Assembly (NCBI GenBank): GCA_016715905.1 | Contig: JADJXI010000004.1 | Coordinates: 19,705-83,704 of the forward strand | Reading direction: 5' to 3' | Origin: Sphingobacteriaceae bacterium | GTDB taxonomy: Bacteria; Bacteroidota; Bacteroidia; B-17B0; Aurantibacillaceae | Length of the DNA: 64,000 bases | Shown: positions 1 through 10,936 of the stretch, piece after piece | How positions within the stretch are numbered: the first letter of the stretch is position 1 | How the letters are laid out: every line of letters starts with the position of its first letter | Notes under the pieces: model-generated | The model's input: only the letters and a program-made list of their open reading frames with translations | Told to the model about the DNA's origin: nothing | Databases searched by the model: none | Translations under genes and position numbers: made by a program

Positions 1-305
1 TTCAGATATTCATCAGTCCATTTATAATTTCCAAAATTCTTTTCTTTATTGAAAATAGCATAACGGTAAATCCAAAAACACATGATTATAATAGCCAGTA
101 CCGTTAATAAAAAGTACCATAATTCATGCTGAATATCTATTCTAATATCAATGGGTAATGCCAATCCAAACAATGCAGAACATAACATCAACAAAACAAT
201 ATGCCAAACTGCAAGGTGTATTTTACTTATCCACAATACCGGATAATTAATCAATAATTTATCATTTAACTTTTTTAAAAAACCCGGTGTAATATTTTGA
301 AACAT
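1..305 (-). CDS. Partial hypothetical membrane protein, cut by the window edge and translationally coupled downstream of the ABC ATPase
   Basis: The complement of cat at 303-305 gives an ATG 2 nt after the TAA (308-310) of the upstream minus-strand ORF. My translation MFQNITPGFLKKLNDKLLINYPVLWISKIHLAVWHIVLLMLCSALFGLALPI... stays open to position 1 and contains hydrophobic helices. Confidence 0.55.
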   Translation of the reverse strand, partial: MFQNITPGFLKKLNDKLLINYPVLWISKIHLAVWHIVLLMLCSALFGLALPIDIRIDIQHELWYFLLTVLAIIIMCFWIYRYAIFNKEKNFGNYKWTDEYL

Positions 306-307
306 GA

Positions 308-1513
308 TTAAATATCTTTATGAAATAATTTACGGGTACTCTGACTTATATTACGGATATAGTTCAATTCAATTTTATTTTTATGCAGTATCTCCGTAAG
401 AAAGTAAATTGTAATATCTGTTCCTGTGCTGATGATATAGGAAGTGCCGGCATTTTCAACATTAATATTCGGTAAATCCTTAAAGCAGGCGGTGAGTTGT
501 TCTAAATTAAAATTGCCTGAAATTTCAAAACTATTGTGACTTCTTTCCAGGGCAAATAATTTTTGAGGCCCGTTGTAAATAGTTACGCCTTGTCTGATGA
601 AAATAATATTATCGGCAATTTTTTCAATTTCGTGCAAATTTTGCGAACTTAAAATAATGCTCATGGGATGCGCTTCTGAAAGCGTAAAAAATTTTAAGTC
701 CTGAAGAAACAACTGTTGGGCATTTATATCTAAATTAGACAAGGGTTCATCAAGAATTAATAATTCGGGTTTCCATAATAACATTTTAGCCAATTCGAAC
801 CTTAAACGGTATCCACTTGAAATCTCCGACCATTTTAAATCTCTGTATTTATCTAAGCCCAAACGATATAAAATATAATCGATTCTTTCATCATTGGCCT
901 TGCCTTTTATGTTGTGAATGGTGGCGAAAAACCGCAAATTATCTAATAGTGTGCCTTGCCATTTAGGAATGCGTTGGGGAATAAAAGCTATTTTATTTTT
1001 GATCGCATACCAATCGTTAGCATTCACATTTAATTTTGGAAAATCAATTTTTCCTGAATCCGTACTTAGTTCTCCGGCTAAAATTCTAAGTAATGTAGTT
1101 TTTCCATTACCGTTTTCGCCTACAACGCCGGTTATTTCTCCTGATTTTAAGGTTAAGTCTATGGGTTGTAAATAAAAAGGATTTCTTCCTTGTGTAAATT
1201 GCTTAGAGATGGATTCGGCATTTAAAATTGCTTCTTCAGTTCTGTGTCCTTGTTTCTGCGTGAAGGACCCGGATTTAAATTGATTAAGAATTTCATTTGC
1301 ATGATGGTTAATGTCGGATTTAGTTTTTTCACTCTGTTCTCCTAATTCTATGGTCAGATAATTTTTCCGAATATCAAAAATTTTATTTTTACTCTCCTCG
1401 TCCAGCTCAAACTCTTCACTTAAATCCATTAATCTTCTGCTTAATAAACTATGGTCACCATAAAGTACACCACTTTCAATTTCCTGAACGAATTTATCTC
1501 TCAAAAGATTCAT
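308..1513 (-). CDS. ABC transporter ATP-binding protein with an N-terminal extension of about 100 aa
   Basis: Walker A GENGNGKTT, a signature-like ISSGYRLR, Walker B LLILDEPLSNLD and an H-loop region SSQNLHE. The first ~100 aa are a charged helical extension not typical of transporter NBDs. Confidence 0.85.
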   Translation of the reverse strand: MNLLRDKFVQEIESGVLYGDHSLLSRRLMDLSEEFELDEESKNKIFDIRKNYLTIELGEQSEKTKSDINHHANEILNQFKSGSFTQKQGHRTEEAILNAESISKQFTQGRNPFYLQPIDLTLKSGEITGVVGENGNGKTTLLRILAGELSTDSGKIDFPKLNVNANDWYAIKNKIAFIPQRIPKWQGTLLDNLRFFATIHNIKGKANDERIDYILYRLGLDKYRDLKWSEISSGYRLRFELAKMLLWKPELLILDEPLSNLDINAQQLFLQDLKFFTLSEAHPMSIILSSQNLHEIEKIADNIIFIRQGVTIYNGPQKLFALERSHNSFEISGNFNLEQLTACFKDLPNINVENAGTSYIISTGTDITIYFLTEILHKNKIELNYIRNISQSTRKLFHKDI

Positions 1514-1526
1514 GTTTGCTTGTTTG

Positions 1527-3671
1527 TTATTTAAGAATAGTAAACTTTTTACGCATTATTTTGTGTTGAGAATAATATTCAATCAGATAAAGCCCTTCAG
1601 GTAAATTCAATTGCATATTTTTCAAAGTAACTTCATCCGAACTTTCATAAACAACCGAGCCATTAAGATTGAAGATTTTCAATTTAACGAATTCTTCAGA
1701 ATGTGTTATTAGGCTAAAGTTTCCATTATTTGGATTTGGGTAAATGATTAATTTTTCAGAATCCAATTTTAAAGTTGATATTCCATTACAAATAACAACA
1801 GACTGTGTGAACTGCGCGGAAATTGAACAGCCAGTAACGCCGCTGGCATTTAAGGTATAAACAGTGGTTACCGTAGGCGTTACCTGAATACTTGCTGTAT
1901 TGGCGCCGGTATTCCAAGTATAAGTAGAGGCGCCCGAAGAAACGATAACGGCAGATTGTCCTAAACATAATAAGGTTGAAGTAGAGCCAATGGTTAAGCT
2001 TGGTAGAGCATTTACTTGTACAGTATAGTTTTCTGCAGGTGAAATGCCACAGGCGTTATTGGCAACTACACTCATAGTACCACCGGGCGAACTAACAATT
2101 GCACTAATTGCATTAAGCGTTTGTGTTGATGTCCAACCAAGGGGCAGATTAAAACTATAAGAAGTAGCTCCTACAACTAAAGGTGTAGAGAATATTAAAG
2201 TATCACCTGAGCAAGCAACAGTATTGCCACTTATTGAACTGGGTTTTACCGGCACTTGACAATATTTAGCCGCAAATGCATCAATACTTCCGCTTGAAGT
2301 TAGAATGGCATTTCCCGGGCTGAAATCAAAATCAGGAGAGTTACTGAATTCACCGGCTAGATGAACATTGTAGTTATTATCAATTAAAAGCGCATTTCCA
2401 ACACTGTTGTTACTACCAACCACAGAATTGGCGCTAGTAAAATTACCATTGCCGTCAACTTTTGAAATAAATAAATTAGTTCCACTCGGATTGATGTTGA
2501 AAGTACCCACTCCGGCATCAAAATCAGTTAATGCAGAAAATGAGCCTGTGAGATAAACAAAATCTGTGGCATCGCTGGCTATGCTATTGGCAAGGATTGG
2601 TGCAGATGAACTTAGCATTTGCCCCCAGGCAAAATTGCCCATATTATCTAGTTTAGAAACATAAACATTAAAGGCGACTCCGGAAAGTGTGAATGTGGAG
2701 GGACTCGGATCCATATCAATTATGCCTGAAAAAATACCGGTACTTAATATATTACCTGTATTATCCAAACTTATATTTTTGGCGATATCATCACTAGTGC
2801 CACCTATTTGTTCTGAAAATAAAAAATTCCCTAACTGATCAAATTTTAAAATGTAAGCATCTAAGCCACCAAATGATGTAAGTGTGGCTGTGCCGGGACT
2901 TGGATCAAAATCCACTGTTCCCGCAAAGGAACCGGTAGTGTATACATTCCCATTATTATCAGTTGAAATAGCAATACCCTCATCATTTCCACTATCTCCG
3001 TATCCGGAAACCCAATTTAAATTACCTGAGGTGGTTAAACTGCAAATAAATGCATCCTGCAAACCGTTAGAAGCAATGTTGGTAGTGCCCGGGCTAGGAT
3101 CAAAGTCAGTTGTGCCGTTATGGATACCTGTACAAACCACATTTCCCAAAGGATCGCAGCTTAAGTCATAAACAACTGATGAAACGGAAGAAATGAAATT
3201 TCCTGCCCAAACAAAATTACCGGAGGAACTATATTTGGCTACAAAGCCACTTAATCCGGTGCCCGCATCCAGTGTGGTAGTAGCGGGACCTTGATCAAAA
3301 TCAACTACGCCCGAAAAGCTTCCTCCTAAGTAAATATTTCCATTTCCGTCTTGTGCAATGGAATAAGCCACATCATTTCCGAAATTTCCAATGCTGAATC
3401 CCCAAACTAAATTTCCGCTGCTGTTTAATTTCACAACAAAAAAATCGGACATACCTGCTGAGGTGATGGTTAACGTACCGGGTCCCGGATCTAAATCCAC
3501 GGTTCCTTCAAAATAACCTGTGATGTAAACGTCTCCATTTGAATTTACGGCATTAGCTTTAGCGCTAACATTATTTAAACTTCCGAATTGTTTGGCCCAT
3601 TGTAAATTTTGTGAGAAATAAAATGGATTAAAGAAACAAGAGAAAATAAAAAGTAATGTGATTTTTTTCAT
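1527..3671 (-). CDS. T9SS-secreted SBBP beta-propeller-repeat protein with Ig-like modules and a type-A C-terminal sorting domain
   Basis: Signal peptide MKKITLLFIFSCFF. Repeated ~50-aa units (SG.D.F..KL...GN..W...G..G.D.......D..GN.Y..G.F.G..DFDP) match SBBP repeats. The C-terminus LIIYPNPNNGNFSL...GLYLIEY matches a T9SS CTD. Confidence 0.85.
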   Translation of the reverse strand: MKKITLLFIFSCFFNPFYFSQNLQWAKQFGSLNNVSAKANAVNSNGDVYITGYFEGTVDLDPGPGTLTITSAGMSDFFVVKLNSSGNLVWGFSIGNFGNDVAYSIAQDGNGNIYLGGSFSGVVDFDQGPATTTLDAGTGLSGFVAKYSSSGNFVWAGNFISSVSSVVYDLSCDPLGNVVCTGIHNGTTDFDPSPGTTNIASNGLQDAFICSLTTSGNLNWVSGYGDSGNDEGIAISTDNNGNVYTTGSFAGTVDFDPSPGTATLTSFGGLDAYILKFDQLGNFLFSEQIGGTSDDIAKNISLDNTGNILSTGIFSGIIDMDPSPSTFTLSGVAFNVYVSKLDNMGNFAWGQMLSSSAPILANSIASDATDFVYLTGSFSALTDFDAGVGTFNINPSGTNLFISKVDGNGNFTSANSVVGSNNSVGNALLIDNNYNVHLAGEFSNSPDFDFSPGNAILTSSGSIDAFAAKYCQVPVKPSSISGNTVACSGDTLIFSTPLVVGATSYSFNLPLGWTSTQTLNAISAIVSSPGGTMSVVANNACGISPAENYTVQVNALPSLTIGSTSTLLCLGQSAVIVSSGASTYTWNTGANTASIQVTPTVTTVYTLNASGVTGCSISAQFTQSVVICNGISTLKLDSEKLIIYPNPNNGNFSLITHSEEFVKLKIFNLNGSVVYESSDEVTLKNMQLNLPEGLYLIEYYSQHKIMRKKFTILK

Positions 3672-3787
3672 GATAAAATGTAATTAAAAAGTAAAATAAA
3701 ATGCGAATTGTTTAAATGCTTAAGAATAAACCCTAGCAATTAAATTATCCTATACAAAGATATAATTTCAGATGAGAATGCCAATTT

Positions 3788-4270
3788 TTACGATATTTTT
3801 TTATATCGCATTTGTATATGTGGGATGTTATCCTCAAGATATTCAATTCCTTCAGGTTTGAATTGCAGATCGGAGTAAAACCTTTCTAAATATTTTTGCG
3901 CGGAAATCACAATTTCATTTACTTTAAATTTTTGCAAAGTGGTATCCATACTTTTTTGCATGAGTAATTTTCCAAAATTCTTTCCTCTGACTGATTTTGA
4001 AACTACGACGCGACCAATGGCAGCTTCGGGATAAGAAAGCCCGGGAGCAAGAATACGAGCGTATGCAATTAGTTTGTTATTTAAAAAACCTAATACATGC
4101 AGCGCATTTAAATCTTTATCATCCATATCCTGATATGCGCAATTTTGTTCAACCACAAAAATTTCACTTCTTAACTGCAATAATTTATAAAGTGTTTCGG
4201 AGTCAAGTTCATTAAACCTGTATACAGAAAAAATAATTTCAGAATTCAAATAAACCTCCGTTTTTTCCAA
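3788..4270 (-). CDS. GNAT family N-acetyltransferase, ElaA-like
   Basis: [16 protein letters not shown] and [19 protein letters not shown] align with my recollection of E. coli ElaA. The annotated start overlaps the ruvB 3' end by 32 nt, so the true start is uncertain. Confidence 0.75.
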   Translation of the reverse strand: MEKTEVYLNSEIIFSVYRFNELDSETLYKLLQLRSEIFVVEQNCAYQDMDDKDLNALHVLGFLNNKLIAYARILAPGLSYPEAAIGRVVVSKSVRGKNFGKLLMQKSMDTTLQKFKVNEIVISAQKYLERFYSDLQFKPEGIEYLEDNIPHIQMRYKKIS

Positions 4271-5267
4271 ATGGGTTTTTACCTAAATGTTTATATGCAA
4301 GCTCTGTGGCTTCGCGGCCTCTTGGAGTGCGATGTAAATAACCTTCCTGCACTAAAAAAGGTTCATATACTTCCTCGATAGTTCCGGATTCTTCACCAAC
4401 GGCAGAACTAATGTTGTTTATTCCGACCGGACCGCCTTTAAATTTATCAATGATGCAATTTAAGATTCTAAGATCCATTTCATCTAATCCATTTTTATCT
4501 ACATTCAAGGCTTTTAATGCATAGGTGGCAATTTCTAAGTCAATACTCCCATTACCTTTTATTTGCGCAAAATCCCTTACCCGTCTTAATAAAGAATTTG
4601 CTATTCGTGGTGTACCGCGACTTCTTCTTGCAATTTCAAATGATGCGGTTTCATCAATACCAATATTTAATATTTCAGCACTACGCTCCACAATACCGGT
4701 TAATATTTTAGAATTGTAATAATTTAAACGACTGTTTATTCCGAATCTGGCTCGGAGTGGAGAGGTGAGAAGTCCGCTTCTTGTTGTAGCTCCAACTAAA
4801 GTAAACGGATTTAATTTGATTTGAACCGTTCTTGCGTTAGGTCCGCTATCAATCATGATATCTATTTTATAATCCTCCATGGCAGAGTAGAGGTATTCTT
4901 CTACAATGGGACTCAATCGGTGAATTTCATCAATAAATAAAACATCAAAGGGTTCTAAGTTGGTTAACATGCCTGCTAAATCACCGGGTTTATCTAAAAC
5001 GGGGCCGCTAGTTACTTTTAAATTAACACCAAGATCGTTTGCAATAATATGAGCCAAGGTAGTTTTACCTAAACCCGGAGGTCCATGTAACAAAACATGA
5101 TCAAGTGCTTCATCTCTTTTTTTGGCCGCCGCCACAAATACCCGCAAATTATCAACTACTGAATCCTGTCCGCTAAACTCATCAAAAAGTTTAGGACGTA
5201 ATGCTTTTTCCACTTCCCGTTCTGTAGGATTAAGATTTTCTTCTGAAGGATCTAAATTAGGATTCAC
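4239..5267 (-). CDS. ruvB: Holliday junction branch migration DNA helicase RuvB
   Basis: [22 protein letters not shown] (Walker A), LFIDEIHRL (Walker B), and [18 protein letters not shown]. Length is 342 aa. Confidence 0.97.
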   Translation of the reverse strand: MNPNLDPSEENLNPTEREVEKALRPKLFDEFSGQDSVVDNLRVFVAAAKKRDEALDHVLLHGPPGLGKTTLAHIIANDLGVNLKVTSGPVLDKPGDLAGMLTNLEPFDVLFIDEIHRLSPIVEEYLYSAMEDYKIDIMIDSGPNARTVQIKLNPFTLVGATTRSGLLTSPLRARFGINSRLNYYNSKILTGIVERSAEILNIGIDETASFEIARRSRGTPRIANSLLRRVRDFAQIKGNGSIDLEIATYALKALNVDKNGLDEMDLRILNCIIDKFKGGPVGINNISSAVGEESGTIEEVYEPFLVQEGYLHRTPRGREATELAYKHLGKNPFGKNGGLFEF

Positions 5268-5418
5268 AAAGTAAAGATAATTGAAAAAGTGGCAGAGTCT
5301 TGCTATATTTTGTAGTATAAAATAAACTCAGGGAAAAATTCAGAGTTGAGCGTATTTTTATAAGGAGACTTGATATTAATGTATTTGAAAGGATAATTTT
5401 TTCTATTAGATTTATATT

Positions 5419-7188
5419 GTGAATCGCAAACTATTAATAACTGTTTTAGTTTATTCTCTATTTGTTTCTGCCGCACAAAATGTTTCTGAAATCCAATTGA
5501 GTAAATCGGTCGATTCTCTAAAAATGCTGTTGTTTAACAATACTCATGATACTGTTAAAATAAACACATTGCTTATGCTCGGTGATCTTCAATATAATGA
5601 ACACCCTGATACAGCTTGTTTTTTTTGGCGAGAAGCTATAAAACATGCAGAAAATTCATTGAAAAAATACAACAAAAAAGAAAGAATTTACAAATCTATT
5701 TCTTCTGTTTATGCCAGTGCCCTTAATAATGTTGGATATATTGAACAAAATAATGGTAATGTTAACCTGGCAAGAGAATATTATCAAAAGAGTTATGAAG
5801 TTCGCAAGGATATTGACGAAAATGACAAAATAGATGAATCATTAATTAACTTAGGTTTTACATTTCAATTGGAAGGAAATTATGAAAAAGCATTATCTAA
5901 TTATTCTATGGCATTGGCAATTCAAGAAAAGGAAGGTGCCCTTGAAGACCAGGGGATTTCTTTAGGTAACATTGCGTGGTTGTTACAAACAAAGGGAAAT
6001 ATTCATGATGCTTTAATTGCTTATGAAAGAGCACTAGCAATTACAAAGCAAACAAAAAACAAATCCGGATGTGCATTGAATTTAAACAATATCGGATTTT
6101 TATATCAGAGCATTGGTAATATTGCTAAATCAATTGAGTATTATCAAGCCGCACTAAAAGAATATGAGTTATTGAATGATAAAAAAGGAATTTCATTATG
6201 TTTAAGTAACTTGGGCAACCTTTATCAATCACAAAATGATTTTGAAGCCGCATTTGAGTATTACACCAAAAGTTTAATGATAAGGAAACAGGCTAATGAT
6301 TTTTTTGGAATAGCAGATTGTTACAATAATTTAGCAGGTTTATATAATTTTAGAAATATTACCGATTCAGCCATTTATTTTCAGAAAGAGGCATTAAAAA
6401 TTTACGAATCGTTAAATGATCAAAGAAGAATTTCATTCGCGCTTTATAATTTGGGCGTTTCTTACTATAATTTAGGGAACTTTGAGTTATCGGACAAGTT
6501 TTACAAAAATAGTCTTTCTATTCGTGAAAAGATTGATGATAAATCTGGAATGACTCAGTGTTACTTGAAAATAGCTGAAATTCTTATGAAAAGAAAGGAT
6601 TATTTACTTGCTGAGAGTCTTACCTATAAAGGATTTCTACTTGCAAAAAAAATAGGATATCCCGAAAAAATTTGCAGCGCATCAAGGCAGTTATATAAAA
6701 TAAATTTAGTAAAAGGAAATGCAAAAAATGCATTGACGTATTTCGAAATTTACATTCAAATGCGCGATAGCATGAATAATGAATCCACTCGAAAGGCTTC
6801 AATAAAATCTCAACTCAAATACGAATATGAAAAACAAGCAGCTGCAGATTCTGTAGCACATGCAAAAGAGCGTGAAGTGAAGAATGCAGAACTAGCCAAA
6901 CAAAGTGCAGAAATAAAAGCTAAGAAAAATCAGCAGTACGCTTTATTTGGAGGGTTGGGATTAGTAATGATCTTTGCAGGCTTTATGTTCAACCGATTTA
7001 AGGTTACACAAAAACAAAAAACAATCATTGAAAATCAAAAGCTTGTGGTGGAAAGTCAAAAGCATTTGGTAGAAGAAAAGCAAAAAGAAATTCTGGATTC
7101 TATACACTACGCGCGTAGAATACAAATGGCCCAGATTCCAAGCGAAAAAAGAGTAGCTAATATTTTGAATAAATTATATGAAAATTAG
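5419..7188 (+). CDS. TPR-repeat membrane-anchored sensor-like protein that ends just after a coiled coil and TM segment
   Basis: GTG start and a signal-like N-terminus. About 10 TPR-like units follow (NLGNLYQSQNDFEAAFEYYTKSL and similar), then a K/E-rich coiled coil and the TM helix YALFGGLGLVMIFAGFMF. The tail SIHYARRIQMAQIPSEK resembles the entry motif of SpoIIE/PP2C output domains. Confidence 0.7.
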   Translation: MNRKLLITVLVYSLFVSAAQNVSEIQLSKSVDSLKMLLFNNTHDTVKINTLLMLGDLQYNEHPDTACFFWREAIKHAENSLKKYNKKERIYKSISSVYASALNNVGYIEQNNGNVNLAREYYQKSYEVRKDIDENDKIDESLINLGFTFQLEGNYEKALSNYSMALAIQEKEGALEDQGISLGNIAWLLQTKGNIHDALIAYERALAITKQTKNKSGCALNLNNIGFLYQSIGNIAKSIEYYQAALKEYELLNDKKGISLCLSNLGNLYQSQNDFEAAFEYYTKSLMIRKQANDFFGIADCYNNLAGLYNFRNITDSAIYFQKEALKIYESLNDQRRISFALYNLGVSYYNLGNFELSDKFYKNSLSIREKIDDKSGMTQCYLKIAEILMKRKDYLLAESLTYKGFLLAKKIGYPEKICSASRQLYKINLVKGNAKNALTYFEIYIQMRDSMNNESTRKASIKSQLKYEYEKQAAADSVAHAKEREVKNAELAKQSAEIKAKKNQQYALFGGLGLVMIFAGFMFNRFKVTQKQKTIIENQKLVVESQKHLVEEKQKEILDSIHYARRIQMAQIPSEKRVANILNKLYEN

Positions 7189-7207
7189 TAGTCTTTAATC
7201 TAAATCA

Positions 7208-7238
7208 CAAAAAAACCCGAGTGTTAGTCGGGTTTTTA
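7208..7238. terminator. Bidirectional rho-independent terminator between the convergent TPR gene and pnp
   Basis: aaaaaaacccgaGTGTTAGtcgggttttt: stem acccga/tcgggt, flanked by an A-run on one side and a T-run on the other. Confidence 0.75.
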
Positions 7239-7253
7239 ATTCTATGAATTATT

Positions 7254-9386
7254 TTAATCCTTTTTTGCCTCTTCGGGTTTAGGGAGTAAAATTTTTCTAC
7301 TCAGTTTTATTTTTTTAGTTTTTGGATCATCACCAACGTACTGCACTTTTACGATATCTCCTTCTTTTAGTAAACCTTCAAAGGAGTCAACACGCTTCCA
7401 ATCATATTCGCTGATGTGAAGTAATCCATCTTTACCCGGTAGTATTTCAACAAATGCACCATAAGGCATAATTGATTTTACTTTGGCATCATAAATAGTA
7501 CCTACTTCCGGAATAGCAACAATACCTCTAATCTTATTCATGGCTGCTGTTACTTCATCCTTATTGGTTCCAAACACTTCCACAATGCCGGTTTTACCTT
7601 CTTCAGTAATAATAATTGTAGTATTGGTGGATTTTTGCATTTCCTGAATTACTTTACCACCCGGACCAATTACTGCGCCAATAAACTCACCGGGAATTAC
7701 CATTTTTTCAAATCGTGGTGCGTGTGGTTTATAATCTGCTCTTGGTTGATCTAGGGCTTTTAGCATTTCATTCATAATATGTAAACGACCTTGTTTGGCT
7801 TGTTCCATTGCTTTAGCCATTACCTCATAAGGTAATCCGTTTACTTTTAAATCCATTTGTACGGCTGTAATACCATCTTTTGTGCCACAAACTTTAAAGT
7901 CCATGTCACCTAAGTGATCTTCATCTCCTAAAATATCAGATAAGATTGCATAATTACCTTTATCATCCGTAATTAATCCCATGGCAATACCGGCTACAGG
8001 TTTTTTAATTTGTATACCTGCATCCATCATAGCTAATGTTCCGGCACAAACGGTTGCCATACTCGATGAACCATTACTTTCTAAAATATCACTTACAATA
8101 CGAATGCTGTATCCGGTATCAGTTGGTACTACTTTTTTCAAAGCACGGTTAGCTAAATTTCCATGACCAACTTCTCTACGCCCTGGCCCTCTATTTGGTT
8201 TTGCTTCACCGGTGCTAAACCCGGGGAAATTGTAATGTAAAATAAATCTTTCTTCACCATCATAAAAAGCGCCATCAATTTTCATGGCATCTTTAGGTGT
8301 ACCTAAAGTAACCGTAGTTAATGATTGAGTTTCTCCTCTGGTAAATACTGCACTTCCGTGTGGAGAAGGTAAGTAATTTACTTCAGCCCAAATCGGACGG
8401 ATATCTGTGGTTTTTCGGCCGTCCAATCTTACTTTTTCATCCAAGGCTAATCTCCTTACCGCATCGTATTCAACATGGTGATAATATTTATTAATTAAAC
8501 CTTCTTTTTCAGCTAATTCTTCTGCTGTAAATGTTTTTTTGTATTCTTCCAATACAGCTTTAAAATCTTCCTTGCGATTATTTTTATTGGCTTGTAATTT
8601 TTTAGCAACAGCATAAACTTTCTCGTAAGTATCTTTATGCACTTTTGCTTTTAATTCTTCATCATTAACCTCATGACAATATTCTCTTTTCGGTTTAAGA
8701 CCTGCTTTCACGGCAAATTCCTGAATTCCTTTGATATGACCTTTAATGGCGGTATGTGCAAACTGAATAGCTTCCAGCATTTCAGCTTCGCTAACTTCAC
8801 TCATCTCGCCTTCAACCATTAATATATCGTTAGCACTTGCAGCTACAATCATATCAATTGTACTATTCACTAATTCTGACTTACCTGGGTTAAGACAAAG
8901 TTTCCCATTTATTTTACCCACGCGAACTTCGCTTATTGGTCCGTTAAACGGTATATCTGAAACGGCAACAGCGGCAGAAGCCGCTAACCCAACTAAAGCA
9001 TCAGGCATGGTTTCACGATCACTTGAAATCAATGAAAGCATTAATTGCGTATCAGCATGATAATCTTCGGGAAAAAGTGGTCGCATGGCGCGATCAACAA
9101 TACGTGAAATTAAAACTTCATAATCTGATAATTTGGCTTCTCTTCTGAAAAATCCTCCCGGAAAACGTCCTGCAGAAGCGTATTTTTCTTGATAATCTAC
9201 GGTTAATGGTAAAAAATCAACTCCTTCTTTTGCGTCTTTGTTACTTACAATGGTAGCTAAAATCATAGTATCTCCTATTTTTAATACTACTGATCCATCG
9301 GCTTGTTTTGCTAATTTTCCTGTTTCCAGGCTTACAGTTCTCCCGTCTCCGAGATCAAAACTGTGTGTTGTTCCTATTTGTGACAT
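7254..9386 (-). CDS. pnp: Polyribonucleotide nucleotidyltransferase (PNPase)
   Basis: 710 aa with two RNase PH-like halves, a KH region ([16 protein letters not shown]) and a C-terminal S1 domain ([32 protein letters not shown]). Confidence 0.97.
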   Translation of the reverse strand: MSQIGTTHSFDLGDGRTVSLETGKLAKQADGSVVLKIGDTMILATIVSNKDAKEGVDFLPLTVDYQEKYASAGRFPGGFFRREAKLSDYEVLISRIVDRAMRPLFPEDYHADTQLMLSLISSDRETMPDALVGLAASAAVAVSDIPFNGPISEVRVGKINGKLCLNPGKSELVNSTIDMIVAASANDILMVEGEMSEVSEAEMLEAIQFAHTAIKGHIKGIQEFAVKAGLKPKREYCHEVNDEELKAKVHKDTYEKVYAVAKKLQANKNNRKEDFKAVLEEYKKTFTAEELAEKEGLINKYYHHVEYDAVRRLALDEKVRLDGRKTTDIRPIWAEVNYLPSPHGSAVFTRGETQSLTTVTLGTPKDAMKIDGAFYDGEERFILHYNFPGFSTGEAKPNRGPGRREVGHGNLANRALKKVVPTDTGYSIRIVSDILESNGSSSMATVCAGTLAMMDAGIQIKKPVAGIAMGLITDDKGNYAILSDILGDEDHLGDMDFKVCGTKDGITAVQMDLKVNGLPYEVMAKAMEQAKQGRLHIMNEMLKALDQPRADYKPHAPRFEKMVIPGEFIGAVIGPGGKVIQEMQKSTNTTIIITEEGKTGIVEVFGTNKDEVTAAMNKIRGIVAIPEVGTIYDAKVKSIMPYGAFVEILPGKDGLLHISEYDWKRVDSFEGLLKEGDIVKVQYVGDDPKTKKIKLSRKILLPKPEEAKKD

Positions 9387-9450
9387 TTGTTTTGTTTTGT
9401 GTTCCGGCCTTTCCGAAACGGTTTATATTATATAATTTATTCTCTTAATA

Positions 9451-9486
9451 AAAAAGGCATTTCGAACTGTAATTCGAAATGCCCCC
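9451..9486 (-). terminator. rpsO terminator / pnp leader hairpin
   Basis: A perfect 11-bp stem, ggcatttcgaa (9456-9466) with ttcgaaatgcc (9473-9483). On the minus strand it is followed by a run of 6 T. It sits between the rpsO stop (9520) and the pnp start (9386), the classical rpsO-pnp arrangement. Confidence 0.7.
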
Positions 9487-9519
9487 TCTTACTATATCTT
9501 TTCCCTTTGTGTTTAGGGA

Positions 9520-9789
9520 TTATTTACGGATATCCAAAGTTTTGATGATAGAACGGTAACGCTCTAAATCAGTTTTCTTTAAATAATCCAATAACGCACG
9601 GCGCTTACCTACTAAATTTAATAATGCACGTTGTGTACCAAAATCTTTTTTATTGTTCTTCAAATGACTTGTTAAATGATCAATACGATGTGTAAAAAGC
9701 GCAACCTGAGCCTCTGAACTTCCGGTGTTTTTCTCCGTTCCTGCGTATTTCTTAAAAATGTCTTTCTTTACTTGTGATGATAAATACAT
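9520..9789 (-). CDS. rpsO: 30S ribosomal protein S15
   Basis: MYLSSQVKKDIFKKYAGTEKNTGSSEAQVALFTHRIDHLTSHLKNNKKDFGTQRALLNLVGKRRALLDYLKK... gives the canonical 89-aa S15. I use the internal ATG at 9789 rather than the 107-aa ORF-track start. Confidence 0.95.
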   Translation of the reverse strand: MYLSSQVKKDIFKKYAGTEKNTGSSEAQVALFTHRIDHLTSHLKNNKKDFGTQRALLNLVGKRRALLDYLKKTDLERYRSIIKTLDIRK

Positions 9790-9906
9790 GTTTCTTCTTT
9801 TTAAATAAGGCATCAAATATACGGTTTTTGACCTAATCTGCAAAATTATTTTACCATCTTTAGCTTGGGCATCGGTATCATATTCAATTCTTTGGCTTTA
9901 TTTTTT

Positions 9907-9936
9907 TTTGATAGTGTTTCATTATGCTTAAATTTG
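9907..9936 (+). promoter_or_regulatory. Candidate Bacteroidota sigma-A promoter for the bio operon
   Basis: taaatttg (9929-9936) matches the TAnnTTTG -7 box, 20 nt upstream of the bioB ATG. TTTG at 9907-9910 lies 18 nt upstream as a possible -33 element. Confidence 0.35.
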
Positions 9937-9956
9937 TTTCTTTAGCACACTAAATC

Positions 9957-10931
9957 ATGAATCAGGAACTTACTAAGGAACAAATATTGGAGATTTACAA
10001 CACGCCTTTGCTGGAATTGATTACCAAAGCCGCGGAGGTGCATAAAAAACACCACAAAACAGGTGAAGTTCAAATTAGTTCCCTGATATCTGTAAAAACA
10101 GGAGGTTGCCCCGAAGATTGCGCCTATTGCCCTCAGGCTGCGCGTTATAATACCGAGGTAAAAGTACATAAGTTGATGGGTGTTGAAGAGGTTAGTGTAT
10201 GCGCAGATAATGCTAAAAAAGGAGGGGCAAGCCGTATGTGTTTAGGGGCTGCTTGGCGCGAAGTAAGAGATAATAAAGATTTTGAAAAAGTGCTGGATAT
10301 GGTGAAAACCATTAATGCAAAAGGTATGGAAGTTTGTGCTACTTTGGGTATGGTAACAGAAGATCAGGCCAGAAAATTAGCCGAAGCCGGCTTATATGCA
10401 TACAATCATAATATTGATACCTCGGAAGAGAATTATGAAAATATTATTTCTACCCGAACTTTTGAAGATAGAATTGGAACACTTAAAAATGTGCGTAAAG
10501 CCGGATTAACCGTTTGTTCGGGAGGAATTATTGGAATGGGAGAGAGCGTAGCGGATAGAATAGGTATGTTATATACTTTAAGTTTACTAAATCCGCAGCC
10601 CGAAAGTGTTCCTATTAATGCATTAGTGCCGGTTGATGGTACGCCGCTCGAAAATCAAAAACCTGTTCCGGTTTGGGATATGGTTAGAATGATTGCAACG
10701 GCAAGAATTGTACTTCCGAACTCAGCTGTTCGATTGAGTGCAGGTAGATTAGAAATGAGCATGGAAGGCCAGGCCTTATGTTTTTTAGCAGGCGCCAATT
10801 CCATTTTTGCAGGAGATAAATTATTAACCACACCAAATCCGGCCTATAATCAGGATATGGAAATGTTTTCTATATTAGGATTAACTCCCAAAAAGGCATT
10901 TAACGGTAAACCCGAGGTGCAAAACGCATAG
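9957..10931 (+). CDS. bioB: Biotin synthase
   Basis: Radical SAM motif [22 protein letters not shown] and YNHNIDTS. Length is 324 aa. Confidence 0.96.
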   Translation: MNQELTKEQILEIYNTPLLELITKAAEVHKKHHKTGEVQISSLISVKTGGCPEDCAYCPQAARYNTEVKVHKLMGVEEVSVCADNAKKGGASRMCLGAAWREVRDNKDFEKVLDMVKTINAKGMEVCATLGMVTEDQARKLAEAGLYAYNHNIDTSEENYENIISTRTFEDRIGTLKNVRKAGLTVCSGGIIGMGESVADRIGMLYTLSLLNPQPESVPINALVPVDGTPLENQKPVPVWDMVRMIATARIVLPNSAVRLSAGRLEMSMEGQALCFLAGANSIFAGDKLLTTPNPAYNQDMEMFSILGLTPKKAFNGKPEVQNA

Positions 10932-10936
10932 TCATT

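Noticed and set aside
9912-9951. An inverted repeat tagtgt...acacta spanning the putative bioB promoter, as a possible BirA/biotin operator.
   Set aside because: The arms are only 6 bp with a 28-nt spacer. That is easily found by chance in AT-rich DNA and does not resemble the BirA half-sites I remember (TGTnAAC type).
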